In this document: in pieces, positions 37,384-46,000 of the stretch | How the letters are laid out: each line of letters opens with the position of its first letter | Numbering within the stretch: position 1 is the stretch's first letter | IMG/VR virus record: IMGVR_UViG_3300020187_000015 | Span: 32,001 to 96,000 of that record | Reading direction: 5' to 3' (one strand) | DNA: 64,000 nt | Source of the DNA: a virus | Position numbers and translations under genes: made by a program | The notes under the pieces: model-generated | What the model was told of the DNA's origin: nothing | The model's input: the letters and a program-made list of their open reading frames with translations, nothing else | Databases searched by the model: none

Positions 37384-38549
37384 TGCCCTCATTGTTAAAA
37401 ACCTACTCTTTAAATTCTGGCTTTAAAATCAGAAAATGCAAGCCGCTAGAATTCTTCTATCCAACACCTAAAAAGTATATTACTATACAGACCTCATCTG
37501 GGATGAGTAGTAAGAATTATGATTACTGGATTGATGTATTAAAATACATTAAAAAGGATCTGCATGATGCTGGATATGAAATATTGCACATAGGAACAGA
37601 GGGGTTAAATATCCCTTTCGTGAAATCTCTTATTGGCAAAACTAGCTTGCATCAAACCAATTACATACTAAGAAACAGCAGCCTTCATTTGGGCAATGAT
37701 TCCTTTGCTGTACATTTGTCTGGACTTCACGAAACTCCCGTAGTCTCCGTATATGGCCCAACTACTCCAGAGAATCATGGACCTTATTTTAAATCTGAAA
37801 ATACGCATTTAATCTCTTCACATAGAAATGGGAACAACCCCTCGTTCGCTTCTAATGAGCCTGATAAGACGATTAACATGATAAAGGTAGAGGACATTGT
37901 AAATAAAGTCTACGAAGCTCTTAGAATTAAAAAGAGTAGTGACGAAGAAACTATCTTTACTGGTAAATTTTATCCGCAACAAATAATAGAAATTGTCCCA
38001 AATTTAGACGTAGACGCAAACATTCTTAATAATGTTGAGCCAACAATTAGATGCGACTATGAATGTAATGATAACGTTTTATTTAGTTTATTAAAAAAGG
38101 TCAAATGCTCTGTCATTACTTCCAAAGAAAGCGAAATAAGGCTGTACAAAATTTGTAGAGACAATATCTCAAATATTAATTTCAAAGTATCGCTTGATGC
38201 TAATAAAGATTACGTCAAAAGTCTTTTGAATATCGGTATAGATTGTAAGTTATGGTCAGATGATGCAGAAAATATAGACAAAATAAGATTCATGTTTTTA
38301 GACATAGGCCAGGTCCACCTAAAGAAGATTGATTCAGTTAATATAGATGGTCTTAATTCTGACTGCTTTTACATTTCGAATAAATTCATTTTAAGTAACG
38401 GCAAGGTCTTTACATCTAAACAAGCGATGATTGCCGATGAAAGCATTAAATCTCTAGAAGATAATTGTATTAAATTCAAAGAGATGGATGAAGATTTCAT
38501 GGAAGAGGTCCAATTTTTTAGAATCATCAAAAAAAACTTGACAAAATAA
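37383..38549 (+). CDS. GT9 (heptosyltransferase-like) C-terminal domain protein
   Basis: KNYDYW, LIGKTSLHQ, HLGNDSFAVHL....TPVVSVYGPT. Confidence 0.8.
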   Translation: MPSLLKTYSLNSGFKIRKCKPLEFFYPTPKKYITIQTSSGMSSKNYDYWIDVLKYIKKDLHDAGYEILHIGTEGLNIPFVKSLIGKTSLHQTNYILRNSSLHLGNDSFAVHLSGLHETPVVSVYGPTTPENHGPYFKSENTHLISSHRNGNNPSFASNEPDKTINMIKVEDIVNKVYEALRIKKSSDEETIFTGKFYPQQIIEIVPNLDVDANILNNVEPTIRCDYECNDNVLFSLLKKVKCSVITSKESEIRLYKICRDNISNINFKVSLDANKDYVKSLLNIGIDCKLWSDDAENIDKIRFMFLDIGQVHLKKIDSVNIDGLNSDCFYISNKFILSNGKVFTSKQAMIADESIKSLEDNCIKFKEMDEDFMEEVQFFRIIKKNLTK

Positions 38550-38565
38550 CAATCCCAAATAATAT
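38538..38565 (+). promoter_or_regulatory. sigma70-type promoter, near-leaderless
   Basis: TTGACA-N16-TAATAT-N6-ATG. Confidence 0.6.
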
Positions 38566-38571
38566 ATAGAT

Positions 38572-38919
38572 ATGATTAAAAATAGCACAGTAGTTAAAAA
38601 TAAAGAGGAGTTCGAAGATATGAAGCTTATGATGGCAGAAGATTGCCAAATAAATAACAAAGAAGTATTCTTCTCTGAGGATGTCCCAGAAGATTTTCCA
38701 TGTTTAGTTAAAATTGTTGAAATGGAGGATGTTGGCCTTGAATTTAATTTCGATGAAAACGAGGATGAGCCAGAAGATATTTTTAATTCAACTGTTCCTT
38801 TCTCATCAAATTTCGATTCTTCTATTGAAGAAGATGATATCACCCAAGAGGCTTTTGGCATTTTTTATGACTTTTGGTTCCTTAGCAAAAAAGAAGTGCA
38901 GAAACTATTAGAAAGTTAA
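38572..38919 (+). CDS. highly acidic hypothetical protein
   Basis: 115 aa, D/E-rich. Confidence 0.65.
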   Translation: MIKNSTVVKNKEEFEDMKLMMAEDCQINNKEVFFSEDVPEDFPCLVKIVEMEDVGLEFNFDENEDEPEDIFNSTVPFSSNFDSSIEEDDITQEAFGIFYDFWFLSKKEVQKLLES

Positions 38920-38920
38920 T

Positions 38921-39622
38921 ATGATTGATTGGAAAAAACACTTAGAAGATAATCCAGAGTTTTTGGTTCTGAATAAACAGATGGCCAAGAGTTATGGTAA
39001 AATAGACAGCGAAAAAATTTCCAAGAAAAAGGAAAAGGAAGTTTTAGAGTCTGTTGACGAAAAGTTTAAAATTATTCTGCTACAATTCTTCAAAGACATT
39101 TTGCACGAAGAAGGTTTCGAGTCAATTGACTATGAACCCATTGGTCAATCTCATGAATCCTACACTGGACTATGCTGTAAGATTAAGTGGGCAAATGGAA
39201 AAGTTACTAGCGGAATTGGTGATGCTCACTATTGCAATACAAATTCTTTTGCAAAATATTACTTAGGTCCTATTGCAGAAAATCGTTCTTTTGTCAGAGC
39301 CGTAAAAGCATATTTTAATATCTCGATGCTTGGAGCTGATGAAATTGGGGAAATTCCAAAAGAGAATGATACATCGACTCTTTCTATTGGCGCTCCTACT
39401 GGCCCGATCTTCACCCTGAGAAAGGCCTCCAAGGACAAGCTGTCCATTACATCCTTCGATGAATTCAAGCAGTTTCTTAGGGATAGAGTTAAGTCTCATC
39501 CAAAAGAAGCCTGGATTAAGCCAAGCGAATATGACGAATGGGCTGAGTATGGAGATTGGGAAAGTGTAAAGAAAGTGAAAGCAACTGAGCTTATTTCTAA
39601 AATTAAAAGACTAAATCAATAA
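38921..39622 (+). CDS. putative Rad52/Sak-like ssDNA annealing protein
   Basis: SGIGDA...IAENRSFVRAV...ISMLGADEI resembles annealase motifs. Confidence 0.45.
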   Translation: MIDWKKHLEDNPEFLVLNKQMAKSYGKIDSEKISKKKEKEVLESVDEKFKIILLQFFKDILHEEGFESIDYEPIGQSHESYTGLCCKIKWANGKVTSGIGDAHYCNTNSFAKYYLGPIAENRSFVRAVKAYFNISMLGADEIGEIPKENDTSTLSIGAPTGPIFTLRKASKDKLSITSFDEFKQFLRDRVKSHPKEAWIKPSEYDEWAEYGDWESVKKVKATELISKIKRLNQ

Positions 39623-39625
39623 AAT

Positions 39626-39967
39626 ATGAATACTATTTGTAATTTCCCCCTAATTGTCTACTTGTCCGTATCAGGATGCCTAGTTCTTACTGTTTGGTTT
39701 TTAAGCGACTTTAAAATCCATTTTATTAATACTTTATTTAAAACAGATCTGGATAGCTCAAACATCAATGAGTTTATAGCAATGAAGTTTGATTTTAAGA
39801 TCCTTAAGACGGATTTCAGTGTTGCCTCATTACTAATGTGTCCCATCTGCATAGGCTTCTGGATATCAGTAGTACTCACCCTTATAGGAGGAAGTGTAAT
39901 GTACTTGCCCTATATCTACTTCTTGCAAATATTGTTATTTGCAACACTTAAAAAGTTGATGCAATAA
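39626..39967 (+). CDS. DUF1360-like membrane protein
   Basis: TM helices around LLMCPICIGFW. Confidence 0.6.
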   Translation: MNTICNFPLIVYLSVSGCLVLTVWFLSDFKIHFINTLFKTDLDSSNINEFIAMKFDFKILKTDFSVASLLMCPICIGFWISVVLTLIGGSVMYLPYIYFLQILLFATLKKLMQ

Positions 39968-40004
39968 TTTTAAAAAAATATAAAAATAACCAAAAGATAG
40001 CAAG

Positions 40005-40367
40005 CTAAATACTTGCTATCTTTTTTTTGTATTGGCTTATCAATCCGTTAAGCTTGCACTGTGAGCAGCCTTTACCCAAATTATTTTTATCGTTAAGATA
40101 TGATATTTTTAAATCTTTGTACTTATTAGGAAGTTTTCCTTTTTTTATTCCAAAGAATATATCTTCTAAATTCGCTGGAGCTTTCTCAACTTCAATCTTC
40201 CGCACGGGTTTTATCGACCAGTTCACTAGCCTTCCTATGGCACTTTTATCCTCAAATGCATTTATTGGACACCTCATACCCACACAAACCTTAGCCCACT
40301 TAATGCAAACTTTATTAGCTTTTAACGGGCAGGTATTACAAATAGCTTCTTTTTCTTCGCAAATCAT
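40005..40367 (-). CDS. Cys-rich hypothetical protein
   Basis: ICNTCP...C...C....CP and GCSQC; ATGA coupling with upstream gene at 40367. Confidence 0.6.
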   Translation of the reverse strand: MICEEKEAICNTCPLKANKVCIKWAKVCVGMRCPINAFEDKSAIGRLVNWSIKPVRKIEVEKAPANLEDIFFGIKKGKLPNKYKDLKISYLNDKNNLGKGCSQCKLNGLISQYKKKIASI

Positions 40368-42691
40368 TGTATTACTATTACTGAATTTGGTATTGGGGGC
40401 TGTGCTTCTGGGCAATCATCCACACATTTTCCATCTACACATATCTGTCCATCTGGACACGGTCCGTCACAGTTACGAGGATCGTCAGGATCGTCAGGAT
40501 CGTCAGGAGGTTCGACTGGCGGTGGCTTGTCTGGACCATCTGGACCATCTGGACCATCTGGACCATCTGGACCATCTGGATCACTTGTATTGCATTTTCC
40601 ATCTACGCACTGGCTTCCTGCAGGGCAGAGCGAAGGATCATCACCACAGTCTATGTCAAGAGATCCCCTACATTTTCCGTCGTTATCGCAACTCTGACCT
40701 TCTGGGCATTCGGAATTGTTACTACATGGTTGCGTTAAAGTTGCAACGCACTTATTATTTCTACAGTCCTGACCTGAATTGCAGTCTTCGTAAGTCTCAC
40801 AGTAACCTTCTACATCAGGTGGGTTCTGGTCAAATATAGCATCAGGCGTCTCGAATGTTGCTATGATGCCAGGACCACTTATGTATACGTCGGTTGCATC
40901 ATCATACAAACTAGTTGTATACACATTAGTCACGACTATCTTCTGTTGAATTTGAATAGGGTATTTAGTTCCATTAGGACTCACTCCGTTTACATCTACA
41001 ATTCTAGTATCATAGGGTACGCTAGACCAAGGTATAGTTGTGTCAGAGGGCGTAGTACTAATAAAATTTTCATTTGAAGTTCTTCCATCTACATAAGTAT
41101 CTTTTTCAGATACAGTGATTTGATCAGTCTGAGTGGTTCGACTAATTTCAATATCTTCACCCCTTTCCTCTGTGGTTACAAAACTCGGTGAACTAGCAGT
41201 ACTAGTTTCTATAACCTTTACAAAATAGTATTGAATCTTCTCTATAAAACCATTTGTCCCATAGCTAGAGCCTGCGTCAGAATTTACATTTTGCCCTCTT
41301 TTAACGTCAGTCGAGCGACTCCCATCTTCATTAAAAGTTATTGTCTTTAAAACCCCATTTTTTGGAAAACCTTTATAGTTGTCAAATGAAGACTGAAGAA
41401 TTGCGGTTTTCATAATAGTCCTTAAACGGGCGCTCCTATAAGGAGTATCGAAAATACCCTGGTCGTATATTAAGTCATCTGGAGGATTATAATTAGTACC
41501 CTCAAGCTGTACATATGCCCTCGTAAATGATCCATCTCCATTTCTTGGTTCTCCATCGTCGGAGTTATTATCAATTGTACAGGGTCCTTTATTGCCTATC
41601 TGTTTTCCGTACTCACTATACTCATATCCGTTAAAATTTGTACAACCCTCATCAACGTCAACGGTTCTGTATCGCCTAAACACAATAGTCTGATCTGTAA
41701 AATTCTTATAAAAAACTTCACTTGCAACCTGTCCTATTTGATCCCAACCATATTTAACCTTGTTAAGCTCTACCCTTACCTTTTGAACCATCATGTATAC
41801 CTGTCCAATACTAGGAGGATCAGGATCATCTGTTTCCACGCACTCCCCATTTATGCATTCAAAACCAGTGGGACATGGTCTGTCATCACCACAATCACGA
41901 CCATCAGGATCATCTGGATCATCTGGATCATCCTCACACTTTTTATCTACACATCTTTGCCCTTCTGGGCATGGGCATTCGGTAGCTATTTGGCATTCCC
42001 CATCTACGCACCTAAAATCATTTTCGTCATCCGTACAGCAATCGTCATTAGTTTCACAGCCTTGGGTACACTCCCCTTCTCCATTTGTATAAGCGTCATT
42101 TTGCCATATAGGGGCAGATGAATCACAAAAACTATTGCAATCGCATTCTACATCGTTGTCGCATTGAGCAGGTAGTGGACATTCGCAATAAACGGTGCAA
42201 CCTCTATAATCTATATGCGGAAGAAGAGCGCAATCACAACACTGATCATAAGTATAAAAATCATACCCAGCGTTAAGAATTTCTACAGTTCCTTTAAATT
42301 GGATTGTTACCTCTACTGGTAGAAAATTTGAACTACCTTCAGTATCTCTGACCAACAAAATTTTATTTTCATAATAACCTAGAGGCTCATCAAATTCATT
42401 TTGTACAGTAGGCTCCTTTGGAAGTTTAAAGCTGGTTATTACTTCATCTTCTTCTATGTCGTAAAATTCAATTCCACTTCTAGCAAATAATTGAAAAGTT
42501 CCCTGAAGTCCATTGTTGGCAACACTATCAAGCGTATTGAAAGTGAAAGACATGGTGTCTCCAACAGAAACGCTCACTTTAACCGTTCTAGATTTTTCCT
42601 CTCTGCCATCTCTGTCACCACCTGAGTTAGTGGACTGCCCAAGGATTATTGGGTTTCCATAAATTTTAAAGTATACGTCTTCGTCGCCCAT
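40364..42691 (-). CDS. Cys-rich repeat protein with DP/GPD linkers, putative virion surface protein
   Basis: Repeated C-x3/4-C-x2-G-x2-C-x2-G-x-C modules, low-complexity PDD/GPD tracts; in tail operon. Confidence 0.7.
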   Translation of the reverse strand: MGDEDVYFKIYGNPIILGQSTNSGGDRDGREEKSRTVKVSVSVGDTMSFTFNTLDSVANNGLQGTFQLFARSGIEFYDIEEDEVITSFKLPKEPTVQNEFDEPLGYYENKILLVRDTEGSSNFLPVEVTIQFKGTVEILNAGYDFYTYDQCCDCALLPHIDYRGCTVYCECPLPAQCDNDVECDCNSFCDSSAPIWQNDAYTNGEGECTQGCETNDDCCTDDENDFRCVDGECQIATECPCPEGQRCVDKKCEDDPDDPDDPDGRDCGDDRPCPTGFECINGECVETDDPDPPSIGQVYMMVQKVRVELNKVKYGWDQIGQVASEVFYKNFTDQTIVFRRYRTVDVDEGCTNFNGYEYSEYGKQIGNKGPCTIDNNSDDGEPRNGDGSFTRAYVQLEGTNYNPPDDLIYDQGIFDTPYRSARLRTIMKTAILQSSFDNYKGFPKNGVLKTITFNEDGSRSTDVKRGQNVNSDAGSSYGTNGFIEKIQYYFVKVIETSTASSPSFVTTEERGEDIEISRTTQTDQITVSEKDTYVDGRTSNENFISTTPSDTTIPWSSVPYDTRIVDVNGVSPNGTKYPIQIQQKIVVTNVYTTSLYDDATDVYISGPGIIATFETPDAIFDQNPPDVEGYCETYEDCNSGQDCRNNKCVATLTQPCSNNSECPEGQSCDNDGKCRGSLDIDCGDDPSLCPAGSQCVDGKCNTSDPDGPDGPDGPDGPDGPDKPPPVEPPDDPDDPDDPRNCDGPCPDGQICVDGKCVDDCPEAQPPIPNSVIVIQ
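40530..40580. repeat. 9-bp tandem repeat (TCTGGACCA x5.7) encoding (DGP)n
   Basis: Direct reading; a second 9-bp array (GGATCGTCA x3) lies near 40479-40508. Confidence 0.9.
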
Positions 42692-42699
42692 ATTGTATA

Positions 42700-43047
42700 C
42701 TAGGGGTCTACTCTAAAAGCTTGGCTGCAAAGGACCACTATGTTAGCCTCTAACCCATTATTGCATACTTTCAATGTTCTAAATTTCATCTCTATATCCT
42801 TATCCGCCGCATCTGCAATAGCTTTTAAATCTTCTAGATTCATGTCTATATTAAACATCTTTGATCCATTGTCCGAACCTGCTTGAATTCTAAACGTATT
42901 GAACTTCTTCTCGTCCTCCATATTAAGACTTGGTTTGTCGCTAGATGTTAATGGGGAAATCGAGTAGCTTAAATGTCCATCTTGGTTTTCTCCATCTACG
43001 TCGTATTCTATAAACGATGCTGCTAAACTTGTATTATTTATTGCCAT
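42700..43047 (-). CDS. hypothetical tail-module protein
   Basis: 115-aa ORF in late operon. Confidence 0.65.
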   Translation of the reverse strand: MAINNTSLAASFIEYDVDGENQDGHLSYSISPLTSSDKPSLNMEDEKKFNTFRIQAGSDNGSKMFNIDMNLEDLKAIADAADKDIEMKFRTLKVCNNGLEANIVVLCSQAFRVDP

Positions 43048-43049
43048 AA

Positions 43050-46000
43050 TTATCCTATAAAAGTTAAAGATCCTGTGTTATCGTATGATGCGTCTAAAGT
43101 ACCGATGCCACTATATTTAATTATATTTAAATCTACAGAATCAGCAAAGTATTTTTTCTTTACCATTTGGATATTTAAGTCATCATCTCCAGTAAGAACA
43201 ACATAACCCGAATAGCCAGTTAGATTAATAGAAGGTATATTAAAGAAGCCAGTGCATTTAGCAAATCCAGTATTGTTAATACCAGTAAGAATCTCATACT
43301 CTCCAGTAAAGGTCTTTATATAGTTTGGAATAGGGAAGCTATAACTCAAAGATTCTAAGTCAGCAGGATTAACAAAATCAGTATAAAATCCAGTTCCAAT
43401 AAAAGAGCTATTTAAGTTTCCAGTGAATGGAGTTATAGGAACATTTCCAGAAGATAGTAAAAATACCTCCTGTCCTGTTGGTACTACTGAATTTATAAAC
43501 TGCGGCAGTCCAGTTTGAATTCCAGAGAAATTAAACTCTCCGCTTCCTGGGTATACTATTCCAGTAATGTTTCCAGATATTACTCCAATTCCAATCTTGA
43601 CTCCCGTTTTTTGTAAGTTTCTTTGAGTGAAGTTTAATATTCCAGTGTAATCAAACGATCCAGTTAATATCCCAGTTGCAAAGTTGAATCCCTTTCTAAC
43701 TCCCGAATATATAAAATTATCTGCATAAGAATCCTCAAACCCTCCTACTGGTTGGTCAAAGGTTATTGTCTGCAAATTCACTCCACTAAATGGAAGCATA
43801 TTGAGAATGGCTTGGTCGAATTCGCCAGACTGCTGTCCAGCAAGGATCGTAATAGGGTCTATTCCAGTTCCACTTGCTATGGTTGGCACATAGCCAGTGA
43901 CTGTAGCATCTAGGTCTAGAATATTGCCACTGAAGTCTAAATTATCTATATACCATTTGGCAGGCCCAGTTTGGATTCCCGTATAACCTATAGCATATAA
44001 AGAACCAGTACTGTCATCCCCAGTAGCAAATGATATTCCAGTAGGAACGCCCGAAAATATATAGTTATCCGCATAAAGGTCATTATCCCCACCCAATGGG
44101 GGGCTATTGGATAATGCCCTTACTCCAGTTCCAGAAAAAGGAAACATATTTAAAAGGGTCTGGGCTAATTCGCCAGACTTCTCTCCAGCAAGTACCGTAA
44201 TTTGGTCTATTCCAGTTCCAAGTCCAGTAGAGGGTATTATTCCGCTAGAAGCAAAGGGATCTATATAAATATCTCCTTCATTTAATGAACTTATAAAGTA
44301 TTTGGAAGTAGTATTTTCAATACCAGTAAAAGTTATAGAATAAATATTTCCACTAACTCCAGAATTGAAAGGAACGTATCCAGTAGCAAAGGTAGTTGGA
44401 ATTGCAGTAGTTATTTTTCCAGACATTATACCTGAATATGGAAGATTTGATCCTTGGGTAGCAACCTCTATACCAGTTTCGATTAAAGTATAAAGTCCTC
44501 CACTTTGCCTGGTTGCATATTTTGCATCTTTACTCCAAGGACCATAAGCAGTACTTGTGGTAGTGCCAAGACCAAAACCTAATGCACCTCCGATTGGGTA
44601 AGTTAATCCAGGATCAGAAGTAAATCCAATTCTGCCACTTCCAAAATATACATTATACCCAATTTTATCACAATATGCTTTCATGATACCGCTAATCTCT
44701 TCCATACTACTTTGATAATTAGATATTCCTAATCGCTCTATTAGTTCATAATTACCCAATGAATAACCGTCGATTTTTTCGTTGGTGGAGTCTACTCTTT
44801 TTCTTAAAAAGCCAACCACATTATTCATAAAAATTCCAGTAGGAATCTCAAAATTATTTATACTTTTCTCGCCATTAAAATTTCCAGTCATTTGAGTGAA
44901 TATTTCGTTGGGTATGTTACTATTAGGAAAAAGACTTTCATCTTGAAGGGCATATAAAAATCCAGCATTTTCACCAGTTACTTCAATAGTACCGCCAACT
45001 CCAGACATTCCAGTACCCTCAAAGCTGACATTTTCAGCATATCCAGTCATATTAAACCCAGTTTGAAATACATTCAAGCCACTTGTAACGCTAATGGTGT
45101 TTGGTAAAGCTATGGCGATCCTATTAGTTGTAGACCCAGTTGGATATTTGGTATCGGCAGATAGTAGATATCCACTAGCATCAGTCGGTGAAGAGTAATT
45201 TGTTAAAAATCTGCGAAATCCCTGCCCAGAGCTATCTAAGAACGTATTAAACTGGCGAGGGCCGAACTCAGGTGGATTCTTGCTGTTGTCGGTGTCCTGA
45301 AAATAGAAGTAATTAAACCCACTAGGTTCCAAATCTTCGGTGTCTGAAGTTATTAGAAAGTAGACATTAAACACACCATATTGGTCTGCGTTTATATTTC
45401 TATCGTTAAATCTCTCATTGAAATCAGTAGTTGAATTAACGCTTATGGTTTCTCTCTCTTTATAGATCATATCTGCAAGGTTATTCCCAGTATAAACAGT
45501 AATTCTGTAGCTTCTACTTTTTCGGCTTTTGTAAACTCCAGTTCCAGATAAAAAGTACTTAGGACTTACGCCAACTGTCATGTCTGACGGATCGAGATCG
45601 AAAAAACCACTCAGCAATCTTCTATTGAGCCATACTGGGTTATGAATATATGAACCCCTGTCTGCATCGTTAGTAGAAAATGATAATATAGGGGCCTTTT
45701 CGTTGGTGTGATCAGAATATAGAAGTATTCCACTGTTGCCACTAAAAATAAAGGGATTAAATCTTGTATAAACGCTGGAAACGGGGATTCCGTAGGAATT
45801 TCCATTCAAAGAAATGCTATCGTCAATAAGCGCTCCAGTGTTTGTTAGATACCGACCAGTTACCCCACTTTCCCCATTGAAAATTATATCTTTTACTGGT
45901 TCAGAAATTGAGCCTATGAGGCCAAGTCCAGTATATCCTATACCAGTAATTTCTTGAGGATGCACATATGCGCCAGTTCCTGAATAATGAAACTGACCAG

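Noticed and set aside
40027-40839. 270-aa plus-strand ORF with (DHL)n repeats
   Set aside because: Antisense shadow of the Cys-rich gene and its 9-bp arrays.
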